Positions 19,896 through 30,166 of a DNA stretch of 64,000 bases are shown piece by piece. This DNA is from Thermotogota bacterium (GTDB lineage: Bacteria > Thermotogota > Thermotogae > Petrotogales > Kosmotogaceae): positions 1 to 64,000 of the forward strand of contig JAYEJL010000165.1 of assembly GCA_034660555.1 (NCBI GenBank), in the 5' to 3' direction. Position 1 is the first letter of the stretch. The number at the start of each line of letters is the position of its first letter. The notes beneath the pieces are model-generated. The model made no database searches. It saw nothing but the letters and a program-made list of their open reading frames with translations, and was not told the origin of the DNA. The translations under genes and the position numbers were made by a program.

Positions 19896-21443
19896 TCAAA
19901 GAGGAATATTTCCATGTTTTTTATTTGGAAATCCCTGAACTTTACTTCCAGTAATTGACAATGCCGCTGCAATCTTTTTTTTGCTTTCCGAAGGCTCAAT
20001 AACACCTTCTATGTATCCCCTTGCAGCAGCTCTATAAGGATTGCCGAAGGCTTCTCTATATTCCTCTATCTTTTCTTTTCTTGTTTGTTCGGGGTTATCG
20101 GAATTTTTGATTTCCTTTCTAAATATTATATTCGCTGCACCTTCAGGACCCATTACAGCTATTTCTGCTCCTGGCCAGGCATAGACAATATCCGCTCCAA
20201 GATGCTGACTTCCCATGGCAATGTACGCTCCACCATAAGCCTTTCTTAAAATAACCGTTATTTTCGGAACGGTCGCTTCACTGTATGCATAAAGAAGTTT
20301 GGCACCATGTCTGATTATTCCACCATGTTCCTGTGCCACTCCGGGAAGAAAACCCGGTGTGTCAACAAAAGTAAGTATAGGAATGTTAAAACTATCCAGA
20401 AAACGGATAAATCTTGCAGCTTTGTCAGAAGCATCAATATCAAGCACTCCGGCAAAAACAGATGGTTGATTTGCTACAATACCTACGGATTGACCGTTTA
20501 TTCTGGCAAATCCCACCACCATATTCCTTGCAAAATCCTTGTGTACCTCAAAAAAGCGTCCCTCATCAACGATTTCTTCTATCACGCTGTGAACATCATA
20601 GGACTGTTTTGGGTTTTCGGGAACTATTTCATTCAGCGCTTCATTTATTTCCAGTTCCCGAGGTTTTTTAACTACAGGTTCTTCAGCATTATTCTGAGGC
20701 AAATACGATATAAGTTCTCTAACCATCTTCAAAACAGTTTCATCATCCTTGGCAGAAAAATGCGCAACACCGCTTTTGGTGTTATGAACTGAAGCACCGC
20801 CAAGCTCATTTTTGCCAATGTCTTCTCCTGTTACGGCTTTAATTACCTGTGGTCCGGTGATAAACATCTGAGAAATGTCTTCTACCATAAATATGAAGTC
20901 TGTTATCGCAGGAGAATACACGGCACCTCCAGCACAGGGGCCCGATATTACCGTTATTTGAGGTATTACTCCCGATGCCCGGGTGTTTCTGTAAAAAATC
21001 CCGCCATATCCATAAAGAGAGTCCACACCTTCCTGAATTCGAGCACCACCGGAGTCGTTAATGCCAATTAGTGGTATTCCCATTTTCATGGCAACATCCT
21101 GTATTTTCATAATCTTTTTTGCGTGCATCTCTCCCAGCGATCCTCCCTGTACGGTAAAATCCTGGGAGAAAATTGCTACATTTTTACCCTCAATTCTGCC
21201 AACTCCTGTAATAACACCATCACAAGGGAATTCTTTTTTATCAAGTCCGAAGTTAACAGATCTATGCTCAACAAACTTATCGTATTCTTCAAAACTTCCT
21301 TCATCGCACAAAAGGGCAATACGCTCTCTCGCTGTTAATTTACTACGAGAATGTTGTTTTTCTATCTTTTCTTTGCCGCCACCTTTTTCAACCTTTTCGC
21401 TACGTTTTCTGAGTTCCTCAATATTGTCATTCAAAATCAACAC
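19896..21443 (-). CDS. mmdA: Methylmalonyl-CoA decarboxylase alpha / propionyl-CoA carboxylase beta carboxyltransferase
   Basis: GGGKEKIEKQH, LTARERI, DSGGARIQEG, GPCAGGA, DTPGFLPG, RKAYGGA, KKHGNIPL; true start probably TTG at 21434. Confidence 0.9.
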   Translation of the reverse strand: MLILNDNIEELRKRSEKVEKGGGKEKIEKQHSRSKLTARERIALLCDEGSFEEYDKFVEHRSVNFGLDKKEFPCDGVITGVGRIEGKNVAIFSQDFTVQGGSLGEMHAKKIMKIQDVAMKMGIPLIGINDSGGARIQEGVDSLYGYGGIFYRNTRASGVIPQITVISGPCAGGAVYSPAITDFIFMVEDISQMFITGPQVIKAVTGEDIGKNELGGASVHNTKSGVAHFSAKDDETVLKMVRELISYLPQNNAEEPVVKKPRELEINEALNEIVPENPKQSYDVHSVIEEIVDEGRFFEVHKDFARNMVVGFARINGQSVGIVANQPSVFAGVLDIDASDKAARFIRFLDSFNIPILTFVDTPGFLPGVAQEHGGIIRHGAKLLYAYSEATVPKITVILRKAYGGAYIAMGSQHLGADIVYAWPGAEIAVMGPEGAANIIFRKEIKNSDNPEQTRKEKIEEYREAFGNPYRAAARGYIEGVIEPSESKKKIAAALSITGSKVQGFPNKKHGNIPL

Positions 21444-21451
21444 CTCCAGTA

Positions 21452-21859
21452 TTAGTGCTCACCTTCAACAAGTTCTATAAGTACACCCTTTGTAGTCTTG
21501 GGGTGAAGGAAAACAGTTTTCGTTCCTCCAGCACCTTCACGTGGAGATTCACTTAAAGGTTTGTAATTCATTGATTTTGCTTTTTCAATACCTTCCTGTA
21601 CGTCATCAACAGAAATCGCCACGTGGTGAATACCTTCTCCTCTTTTTTCTATAAACCTGGCAATTGTGCTATCGGGATTAATGGATTCCAGCAATTCAAT
21701 TCTTGTATTTCCCGTATTCAAAAAAGCAACCTTCAATCCTCTATCATCAAGTGTTTCAACTTTTTCAAGCTCAAAACCCAGATAATCAACATAAATCTTC
21801 TTATGTTCTTCTATGGATTTCACAGCAATTCCTATATGGTCAATTTTCTTTGCTTTCAT
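21452..21859 (-). CDS. mce: Methylmalonyl-CoA epimerase
   Basis: [37 protein letters not shown] at 21859 follows a GGAGGGTG SD. Confidence 0.93.
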   Translation of the reverse strand: MKAKKIDHIGIAVKSIEEHKKIYVDYLGFELEKVETLDDRGLKVAFLNTGNTRIELLESINPDSTIARFIEKRGEGIHHVAISVDDVQEGIEKAKSMNYKPLSESPREGAGGTKTVFLHPKTTKGVLIELVEGEH

Positions 21860-22700
21860 TGTTTTCACCCTCCTCATTGGTGTACAAGCTGATTATTTTT
21901 TCGAGATCTTCTGTTTTGCTATATCTGGTCCTCAATATTGAAAACAATGTGTTTAAAAGGTTGAACTTGTACCTATCCTTTCTATTTTCCTCCAGTTTTT
22001 CGGTTTGACTTAAAACAGTTAGATGCCCCTGAACAATATCTCTTAATTGATCAATATTTTCTCCTGTAATACTGTTTGTAGATATTATATCTCTTTCAAT
22101 GCCACCAAGTTTTAGTGTTGCCTTAATATTAGCTAGAAGCTTTTGTGACTCATCCAGATCTTTTTTATTGACAACGTAAATATCTCCAATTTCCATAATA
22201 CCAGCTTTCAGCATCTGGACATCATCACCGGTACCCGGCGCTAGAACCAGCAAAACCAGATCCGCAAGATTTACAATATCCGTTTCTGATTGTCCCACTC
22301 CAACGGTCTCAACGAAAATAATATCATAACCTGCCCTTCCAAGAAACTCCACTGCATCATATATTCCCGGGCTCAATCCGCCAACCGCTCCTCTACTTGC
22401 CATTGAACGAATGAATATATTATATCGTTTTACTGAACGCCTCATTCTAATCCTATCCCCAAGAAATGCTCCGCCAGTAAAAGCGCTGGTAGGATCAACT
22501 GCGATTATGGCAACATCTTTTTCTATTGCAAACATCTCTGCAAGTTTATCAGTCATAGTGGATTTTCCGGAACCGGGGCTTCCGGTTATACCAACTACAA
22601 AATAGTCTCTTTCGGGATACTTTGAAACGATCTCTTTTGCCTTCAATGGATCTTTTTCTATGAGGGACAGAGTTTTTGCTACTTCTCTTTCAGAAATCAT
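21840..22700 (-). CDS. meaB: Methylmalonyl-CoA mutase-associated GTPase
   Basis: [49 protein letters not shown]. Confidence 0.93.
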   Translation of the reverse strand: MISEREVAKTLSLIEKDPLKAKEIVSKYPERDYFVVGITGSPGSGKSTMTDKLAEMFAIEKDVAIIAVDPTSAFTGGAFLGDRIRMRRSVKRYNIFIRSMASRGAVGGLSPGIYDAVEFLGRAGYDIIFVETVGVGQSETDIVNLADLVLLVLAPGTGDDVQMLKAGIMEIGDIYVVNKKDLDESQKLLANIKATLKLGGIERDIISTNSITGENIDQLRDIVQGHLTVLSQTEKLEENRKDRYKFNLLNTLFSILRTRYSKTEDLEKIISLYTNEEGENNESKEN

Positions 22701-23089
22701 TTTACTGCTTCTTTTACTTTTTCAACAATTTCTTTAAGTGGTACCCCCGGACCAAATACCTCTTGAATTCCCATTTCTTTTAGCTTTTCTACATCTTTAG
22801 CGGGAATAATACCACCGATAAGCACAGGTTTATCTTCAATATCTGATTCTTTCATCAGTTTTTGAATCCTTTCACAAAGTTTTAGATGAGCACCTGATAG
22901 GATTGAAAGCCCAATAATATCAACATTTTCCTGTGATGCAGCTTTTACTATTTCTTCTGGTGATTGCCTTAATCCCGTATAAATAACCTCCATGCCTGCA
23001 TCACGTAAAGCCATCGCTACAATCTTTGCTCCTCTATCGTGACCGTCAAGTCCCGGTTTAGCTACAAGCACCTTTAATTTATTTTCCAT
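22697..23089 (-). CDS. Methylmalonyl-CoA mutase cobalamin-binding small subunit
   Basis: [10 protein letters not shown] (DxHxxG), [14 protein letters not shown]. Confidence 0.95.
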   Translation of the reverse strand: MENKLKVLVAKPGLDGHDRGAKIVAMALRDAGMEVIYTGLRQSPEEIVKAASQENVDIIGLSILSGAHLKLCERIQKLMKESDIEDKPVLIGGIIPAKDVEKLKEMGIQEVFGPGVPLKEIVEKVKEAVK

Positions 23090-23103
23090 TAAAAAGCCCC
23101 TCC

Positions 23104-24783
23104 CTAGAGTATGATTGCTTCGGTGTATTCTCCGAATACATCTCTAAGTGCAGATGAAATCTCTCCAACCGTAGCATAATGCTTAACAGCATCAAGAACA
23201 TAAGGCATTATGTTGTCCTCTTCCTTCGCTGCTTTTTTAAGTTTTTCGAGTGTTTCTTTCACAGCATTTTGATCGCGGTTTTTCTTTAAGGTTTTCAACT
23301 TCTCTTTTTGTCTGTCCTCAATTTCAGGATCAAATTCAAGTATTTCTTTTTCTGCATCCTCATCTGTTTGGAATTTATTCACACCCACAACGATTTCTTT
23401 TTGATTTTCAACATTGAGTTGGTATTCATATGCAGTATTGAGTATTTCTTTCTGTATATACCCCTTTTCTATTGCTTTTACCATACCGCCTAGATCATCT
23501 ATTTTAGAAAGATATTCCATCACCTTCTTCTCAATATCGGAAGTCAATTTTTCGATGAAGTATGAACCTCCAAGTGGATCTACAGTATCAGCCACTCCAG
23601 TTTCATAAGCGATTATTTGCTGGGTTCTCAATGCCGCTGTAACAGATTCTTCCGTTGGCAACCCAAGGGCTTCATCGTATGAATTCGTATGCAACGATTG
23701 AGTACCACCAAGGACAGCTGCTAATGCCTGGTATGCTACTCTTGCAATATTGTTCAGTGGTTGCTGAGCGGTTAGTGTTGAACCACCAGTCTGAGTGTGA
23801 AACCGCAACCTTAACGCCTTGTTATTTTTTACTTTAAACCGCTCTTTCATTATCCTTGCCCATAGACGTCTCGCAGCACGGAATTTAGCTATTTCTTCAA
23901 AGAAATTATTGTGTGCATTGAAGAAAAAGGAAAGTCTTTTTCCAAAGACATTTGGATCGAGCCCCGCATCTATGGCTGCTTCAACATAGGCTATACCATC
24001 TGCAAGTGTAAATGCTATCTCCTGAACTGCATTGGCTCCAGCTTCCCTGATATGATAGCCACTTATACTTATAGTATTGAAGCCAGGCAAGTGTTTGGAA
24101 CAGTATTCAAAAATATCCGTAATTATCTTCATAGAGGGTTTAGGTGGGAAAATATATGTTCCTCTCGCTATATATTCCTTCAATATATCGTTTTGTATTG
24201 TTCCTTTTAATTTATCCGGGGATACCCCCTGTTTTTCAGCCAGCGCAATATACATAGAAAGCAAAATTGCAGCTGTTGAATTGATGGTCATCGAAGTACT
24301 CACTCTGTCAAGGGGGATTCCTCTGAAGAGAGTCTCCATATCATCGAGTGAATCTATTGCGACTCCGACCCTTCCAACTTCGCCCTCTGCCATTGAATCA
24401 TCAGAATCGTATCCAATCTGTGTGGGAAGGTCAAAGGCCACAGATAGTCCTGTTTGACCCTGGGACATTAAATAATGAAAACGCTCATTTGATTCTTCAG
24501 CTGTTCCAAAGCCGGCATACTGTCTCATTGTCCATAGTTTTCCCCTGTACATGGTTGGTTGAATGCCTCTTGTATAGGGTGGCATTCCGGGAAATGCTAG
24601 ATCATTTACATATTCTAAACCTTCAATATCAAGAGGTGTATAGGTTTTTTTGATCTCTTGTGAGGATGAAGTTTTAAATTTTTCCTTTCGTTCGGGAAAT
24701 CTCTTAACAGTTGGTTCTACAACGTTCTCTTCCCATTCTTTGTGCTGTTTTTTGATCCGTTTAAGTTCTTCATTATCAAACAC
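23104..24783 (-). CDS. Methylmalonyl-CoA mutase large (substrate-binding) subunit
   Basis: [44 protein letters not shown]. Start placed at GTG 24783 after a GGGGAGGG SD rather than at 24843. Confidence 0.94.
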   Translation of the reverse strand: MFDNEELKRIKKQHKEWEENVVEPTVKRFPERKEKFKTSSSQEIKKTYTPLDIEGLEYVNDLAFPGMPPYTRGIQPTMYRGKLWTMRQYAGFGTAEESNERFHYLMSQGQTGLSVAFDLPTQIGYDSDDSMAEGEVGRVGVAIDSLDDMETLFRGIPLDRVSTSMTINSTAAILLSMYIALAEKQGVSPDKLKGTIQNDILKEYIARGTYIFPPKPSMKIITDIFEYCSKHLPGFNTISISGYHIREAGANAVQEIAFTLADGIAYVEAAIDAGLDPNVFGKRLSFFFNAHNNFFEEIAKFRAARRLWARIMKERFKVKNNKALRLRFHTQTGGSTLTAQQPLNNIARVAYQALAAVLGGTQSLHTNSYDEALGLPTEESVTAALRTQQIIAYETGVADTVDPLGGSYFIEKLTSDIEKKVMEYLSKIDDLGGMVKAIEKGYIQKEILNTAYEYQLNVENQKEIVVGVNKFQTDEDAEKEILEFDPEIEDRQKEKLKTLKKNRDQNAVKETLEKLKKAAKEEDNIMPYVLDAVKHYATVGEISSALRDVFGEYTEAIIL

Positions 24784-24993
24784 GTAGAATCCCTCCCCGT
24801 TCAAAAAAACTTCAGAATACTTATGCAAATATTTATTAATCATATTTCTTACATATTTATTATTACATATTACTAGAGTTTAATACAGAAAAAACCCTAT
24901 AAATTATTATTAATTTGGTAAGAATAAAATTGTCGAAAGAAAAGCAAAGCCGAGTAACTTTACGTTATAATTGATTGAACTGGAGGTGTAAGA

Positions 24994-25989
24994 ATGGATA
25001 TAGATAGACTGACAGAACTTATAATTACTCCCGGCATACCCGGCAGGGAAGAGATGTTGCGTGAACTAATTACCGGATACATTAACGATACAGCCAAATA
25101 CAAATACACAGTAGATGATCTGGGAAACATAGTTGTAGAGATTGGTGAAGGAGAACCCGTAATAGGACTTGCTGCCCATATGGATGAAATTGGTTTATTG
25201 ATTACCGGTTCAAACAAAGATGGAACACTGAATTTTAAGAAACTCGGTGGAATTCCAGACGAAACACTTCCTGGAAGACATCTCGACGTAGTGAACTCTC
25301 AGGGGGATTTACTCGATGGAGTTATCGGAATTGTTCCACCGCACCTAAGGACCGATAACAATAAACAGAATGACCTATGTATTGATGTGGGAGCAAGAAA
25401 TGAAAAAGAAATTGCGGAACTGGGTGTTGAGGTTCTGGATTATGCAGTATTCAAGAAACACATTTCAATTCTTAATGATAGATATATCGCGGCGAGATCC
25501 CTTGATGATCGTTTTGGTTGTTCACTTTTACTTGATGTGCTTGACAATATTAATACAGAAAAACTCAAGGGCACATTGATTCTTGCATGGACGGTTCAGG
25601 AAGAGATTGGTTTGGTAGGCAGTCAGGCTCTTTCAAGTAAATACTTACCACAATTTTTCTTCCCTGTTGATAGTTTTGCCTGTTGTTCAAAAATGACCGG
25701 TGCTGTTGAGACTGGAAAAGGTCCCGTTTTGAGAATGGCAGACAGCAGATCGATTGCTTCATACAATACAGGAAAAGAACTTCTGAACCTGACAAGAGCA
25801 AAGAATATACCCCTTCAAATAGGAGTAACCGGTGGCGGAACAGACGGAATCCCTTTCATGCAAAAAGGAGTGAAAACGGTCCCTTTGAGCCTTGCAATAA
25901 AATATCTTCATTCTCAAGTTGAATACATGTCCTTTGAAGATTATGATAACCTTTACAAATTAATAATGGAAATTATTTATTCATTCTGA
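24994..25989 (+). CDS. M42 family aminopeptidase
   Basis: AHMDE, LDDRFG, QEEIG, GGTD, YLHS. Confidence 0.9.
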   Translation: MDIDRLTELIITPGIPGREEMLRELITGYINDTAKYKYTVDDLGNIVVEIGEGEPVIGLAAHMDEIGLLITGSNKDGTLNFKKLGGIPDETLPGRHLDVVNSQGDLLDGVIGIVPPHLRTDNNKQNDLCIDVGARNEKEIAELGVEVLDYAVFKKHISILNDRYIAARSLDDRFGCSLLLDVLDNINTEKLKGTLILAWTVQEEIGLVGSQALSSKYLPQFFFPVDSFACCSKMTGAVETGKGPVLRMADSRSIASYNTGKELLNLTRAKNIPLQIGVTGGGTDGIPFMQKGVKTVPLSLAIKYLHSQVEYMSFEDYDNLYKLIMEIIYSF

Positions 25990-26002
25990 TTCGTGAATAC
26001 TT

Positions 26003-27778
26003 ATGACTGAAATCTATAAATGGTTGATACATTCTGGTGTCCTAAATAGAGTTTCAAAACCCTCGCGATATATTGGTAAGGAGTTAAATGCTGTAAAAAA
26101 GGATTCTTCTGAAAAACTGAGATTTTTACTCCTTTTCCCGGATACCTATGAAATAGGTATGTCTCATCTGGGATTGAAGATACTGTACAGATGGTTAAAT
26201 GAGGAAGAATTCATTTTTGCTGAAAGATCTTATTTGCCCTGGAAAGATATGCTTGGTGAGATGAAAAAGGAAGAGATACCACTTTACTCCTATGAAACAT
26301 ACTCACCTGCAACAGATTTTCATATTATTGGGATAACTCTTCAGTACGAATTAAGCTATACAAATATTTTGGCCTCTCTTGAAACAGCTGGCATTCCAGT
26401 CTGGCAAAATGAAAGAACTACTGAACCTCTAATTGTCGGTGGAGGGCCCTGCACAGCCAATCCGGAACCTGTTGCAAACTTTTTCGATCTGTTTGTAATA
26501 GGCGATGGAGAAAATGCCTCTGTTGAAATTTCAAGGCTGGTATTGAAACATCTTGATCTGCTTCTACAGGGCAAAAGAAAAGAACTTTTAAAGAAATTAT
26601 CGTATATTCAAGGGGTTTACGTACCTTCCCTTGGAAAAAAACACGTTAAAAAAGCTGTTATATCTGACCTTGAAAATTATCCTATAAACAAAAAACCTCT
26701 TGTACCATTTATGGGCATTGTTCATGACAGAGCAAATATTGAACTAATGAGGGGTTGTAACAGGGGTTGTAGATTTTGCCAGGCAGGTATGTTTTATAGA
26801 CCGGTTCGGGAAAGAAAACATGATGAAATTGCAGAAAGCTTAAAAGAAATCATAAAAAATACAGGTTATGATGAATTATCTCTGTTATCTTTGAGCACAA
26901 TGGATTATACTGCCATAGAAGAATTAAGCCAGAAGATTCTGCCCTTTCAAAATGAGAGAAAAATCGGACTTTCACTTCCTTCATCAAGAGTAGACGCCTT
27001 CAGTGTGGAAATGGCTTCGAAAATCGCATCGATTAGAAAAACCGGACTTACCTTCGCACCGGAAGCAGGAACTCAGAAACTTCGAAATGTAATCAATAAG
27101 AACATCAAAGAAAACGATATTTTTGACGCGATAAAAAGTGCGGTAACCAATGGCTGGAGAAGACTGAAACTTTACTTCATGATTGGTCTCCCAACCGAAA
27201 CACCTGATGATCTGGAAGGTATTGTCAAGTTATGTTCTGATATAAAAAATCTGGGATTAAAGGACATAACGGTTTCTGTTGCAACATTCATACCAAAGGC
27301 ACAAACACCTTTCCAGTACGCTGAACAGATTTCTCCTGAAGAAGCCTGGAAAAGGTGCGATAAATTGAAGAGGATAAGGCGATTTGGCAGGCTACAATTT
27401 TCCGACCCATATCGAAGCTACATAGATGGAGCCCTTTCACGCGGAGGCCGTGAAGTTGCCGATGTTATTTTTCACGCTTATAAAAATGGATCTGTTTTTG
27501 ACGAATGGTCTGAGGAATTCTCATATGAAACATGGTTGAGCGCCTTTGAGGAAAAAGGTTTTAATATAAACAGTTATACACAAAAAAGGGAAATCGGGGG
27601 ATCTTTTCCCTGGAATCATATCTCTATCGGAATCGATGAAGCTTTTCTGAAAAACGAATATTCTAAATCCCTTAAGGGATTGACCACTGAAGACTGTCGT
27701 AATGGTACGTGCTCACTATGCGGCGTCTGCTATTCATTAAATGTAACTAACCAACTGGACAAAACCTGGAAACACTAA
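26003..27778 (+). CDS. B12-binding-like radical SAM protein (TIGR03960/YgiQ-like)
   Basis: KPSRYIGKE, FPDTYEIGMS, QYELSY, GGP..NPEP, RGCNRGCRFC, TFAPEAG, C-terminal CRNGTCSLCGVC. Confidence 0.88.
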   Translation: MTEIYKWLIHSGVLNRVSKPSRYIGKELNAVKKDSSEKLRFLLLFPDTYEIGMSHLGLKILYRWLNEEEFIFAERSYLPWKDMLGEMKKEEIPLYSYETYSPATDFHIIGITLQYELSYTNILASLETAGIPVWQNERTTEPLIVGGGPCTANPEPVANFFDLFVIGDGENASVEISRLVLKHLDLLLQGKRKELLKKLSYIQGVYVPSLGKKHVKKAVISDLENYPINKKPLVPFMGIVHDRANIELMRGCNRGCRFCQAGMFYRPVRERKHDEIAESLKEIIKNTGYDELSLLSLSTMDYTAIEELSQKILPFQNERKIGLSLPSSRVDAFSVEMASKIASIRKTGLTFAPEAGTQKLRNVINKNIKENDIFDAIKSAVTNGWRRLKLYFMIGLPTETPDDLEGIVKLCSDIKNLGLKDITVSVATFIPKAQTPFQYAEQISPEEAWKRCDKLKRIRRFGRLQFSDPYRSYIDGALSRGGREVADVIFHAYKNGSVFDEWSEEFSYETWLSAFEEKGFNINSYTQKREIGGSFPWNHISIGIDEAFLKNEYSKSLKGLTTEDCRNGTCSLCGVCYSLNVTNQLDKTWKH

Positions 27779-29096
27779 GCCGGGCTATTCTGGTTATATC
27801 ACCAGCACCCAAGAACAAAATTACCGAACGTTTCTTAGAATCTATCCACTTAAGTACTTCATCGTAATCTGTCGCATGATAGGCAGGTACTCCATGGAGA
27901 TGGAGCCCTTTAAGAACTTCTGTTTCATCTAGTGCATACATTCCCTTTTCGTAAGCATCATATAACTTGTAAACGCACACTTCGTCTGCTTCTTTCAATG
28001 AACTGGCAAAACGACCATTTTCCCTTGCCAATCTTGAATATCTGTGAGGTTGAAAAACAACCAGTATTTCACTTTCGGGATAACTTTCTCTGGTTCCCTT
28101 TATTGTGGTTTTTATTTCTTCAGGTGTATGTGCGTAGTCATCAATAAGATACAATTCCCTTGATTTATCAATGCCTCTTACTGAAAAACGCCTGTCAACA
28201 GAAATGTAGCTTATTAATGATTCCTGAATATCCTTGATACTTATACCCAGCTCAACTGCGAGAGCAATGGCTGCAGTTGCATTGTACGCATTGTGTTCGC
28301 CGGGCAATCCCAGCGAGAAATTACCTAACAGAATCCCGTCCTTGTGTACATCAAAACTCTGAATCAAACCGGTTTTTCTGTTACTAAAAGTGTAATTACC
28401 TTTATATTTGCCAAAGCTAATGCCTTTGTTTCCAAAAGCTTTTCTGCTATTAGGATCATCAGCATTGTGAACCAACAACCCTTTAATCTTCTTACCAAAG
28501 TATGAGAAATGACTGACAAGGTTACGCTCCGAACCAACATAATGTTCAAGATGATCATGTCTTACATTTGTAACAATTGCATGCAAAGGTTCAAAAGATG
28601 CGAAGAAACCATCACTTTCATCAAGCTCTGTTATAATGTTCTTTTTGTTTCCTCTGTGATAATTTCCCTGTGAAAGATGTGGAGATATTCCACCAAGCAA
28701 TACAGTGGGATCTTTCCCTGAATCAATAAAGATCTTTGAAAGAAGTGCAGTAGTAGTGGTCTTGCCATCAGTTCCTATAACACAAAAAGAATTCTCATAC
28801 AATGAGATTACCTTTTTTAATATTTCCATTCGATAATAAGTGGGAACGGTTTCCGATAAAGCTTTTTCAAGCTCAGGATTTCCCTGAGGTATTGCAGTTG
28901 TTTTTACTACAATGTCAGGTTTTTTCCAGTTTTCATCAGAATGAGAAAGAAAAACATCGATACCTTTCTCTTTAAGGTACCTAACGCGTTCGTTAATTTC
29001 AACATTTGAACCGTAAACATCGTTCCCCTCAGCCGCTAAATGAAGTGCGAGACCACTCATACCGATCCCGCCAATACCTATAAAATGATATTTCAA
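27747..29096 (-). CDS. murC: UDP-N-acetylmuramate--L-alanine ligase
   Basis: HFIGIGGIGMSG, GTDGKTTT, ELDESD, DHL, DDYAHTP, FQPHRYSR, GAGDI. Confidence 0.96.
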   Translation of the reverse strand: MKYHFIGIGGIGMSGLALHLAAEGNDVYGSNVEINERVRYLKEKGIDVFLSHSDENWKKPDIVVKTTAIPQGNPELEKALSETVPTYYRMEILKKVISLYENSFCVIGTDGKTTTTALLSKIFIDSGKDPTVLLGGISPHLSQGNYHRGNKKNIITELDESDGFFASFEPLHAIVTNVRHDHLEHYVGSERNLVSHFSYFGKKIKGLLVHNADDPNSRKAFGNKGISFGKYKGNYTFSNRKTGLIQSFDVHKDGILLGNFSLGLPGEHNAYNATAAIALAVELGISIKDIQESLISYISVDRRFSVRGIDKSRELYLIDDYAHTPEEIKTTIKGTRESYPESEILVVFQPHRYSRLARENGRFASSLKEADEVCVYKLYDAYEKGMYALDETEVLKGLHLHGVPAYHATDYDEVLKWIDSKKRSVILFLGAGDITRIARLSVSRFCPVG

Positions 29097-29098
29097 TC

Positions 29099-30166
29099 CT
29101 ATTCCTCCTGTAGTAAATGCCTTGCGATCGTTTCAGCTGGTTCTTTTTTGTTTTTCAACTTTGGTCTGTAATTCGTTGAAATCTTGCTGATAGTTTTTAA
29201 CAAACCACCGGAGGTTACTGCATTTTCAAGTATAACATAACCAAGTCCCATTTCTTGCAATCTCAAACCATTAAAATATTGATGATTTTCTGTTGCTTCT
29301 GACCAGGGAATTATTACACCGGGTGTATCATAATGCGCTAATTCAGCAATGGTTGTAGCACCACCACGAGCAACAACACAATCAGCCACAGCCATAAACT
29401 CATTAAGTTGAGGATTGTATTTTTTGGTTTTCACAAAGGGATAAACATTGATTTTTGTATCTGCATTACCCGTTATATGATAAAAGAAATATCTGTCATC
29501 CTTCATGCCATTATATATCTCAGTCATAATTCCATTAATAAAATCAGAACCCTGACTACCACCACATATGACTACGAGTTTTTTATCCAAACCTATTCCA
29601 AGGCTGTCATATACTTCTTTTTTTGACTTTTTAACTTCACGAACGGGATTCCCCGTGAGGATTATTCGTTCATTTTCTATATTTTTAAAATAATTCTTGC
29701 TCTTTTCAAAACTTATGAAAACCTTTTTAGCATAGTGGGCAAGCTTCTGATTGGCTATTCCCGGTATTGAATTTTGCTCATGAAGGAAAACCGGTAATCC
29801 AATTTTACTTGCAGCTTTTACAACGGGAAATGAAATGTAACCACCTGTTGAAAAAACCAAATCTGGTGAAAATTCATTCATACTTTTCTTCACCATTTTT
29901 GTCGTTACCAGATGATTAAAAATCACCACAGCATTTTTCGGACTGTATAGAGGTCTTTTTAAACCTTTGACATCTAGGGGGATTTTCTTTACATCTTCTA
30001 TGTCCCTTTCGGCATATCTGTCATCAAGCCTTCCCTTTGATGTGTAATAAAGAACTTCAAGTTCTCTAACTTTTTTTAGAGCATTTATTACAGAAACAAG
30101 AGGATAGTAATGACCTCCAGTTCCTCCACCGCAAACAGCAATTCTTAACCTGCCTTTATCGCTCAT
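29099..30166 (-). CDS. murG: Lipid II GlcNAc transferase
   Basis: GGGTGGH, TGGY, HEQN, TGNPVR, GGSQG, RGGATT, HQ..N. Confidence 0.96.
   Translation of the reverse strand: MSDKGRLRIAVCGGGTGGHYYPLVSVINALKKVRELEVLYYTSKGRLDDRYAERDIEDVKKIPLDVKGLKRPLYSPKNAVVIFNHLVTTKMVKKSMNEFSPDLVFSTGGYISFPVVKAASKIGLPVFLHEQNSIPGIANQKLAHYAKKVFISFEKSKNYFKNIENERIILTGNPVREVKKSKKEVYDSLGIGLDKKLVVICGGSQGSDFINGIMTEIYNGMKDDRYFFYHITGNADTKINVYPFVKTKKYNPQLNEFMAVADCVVARGGATTIAELAHYDTPGVIIPWSEATENHQYFNGLRLQEMGLGYVILENAVTSGGLLKTISKISTNYRPKLKNKKEPAETIARHLLQEE

Noticed and set aside
24784..24843. 20-aa N-terminal extension of the mutase given in the ORF track
   Set aside because: No SD before 24843; a strong SD precedes GTG 24783.
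24784..24993. Cobalamin riboswitch upstream of the mutase operon
   Set aside because: Region is short, very AT-rich and lacks the B12-box and the conserved GGGAA/GCCACTG elements.
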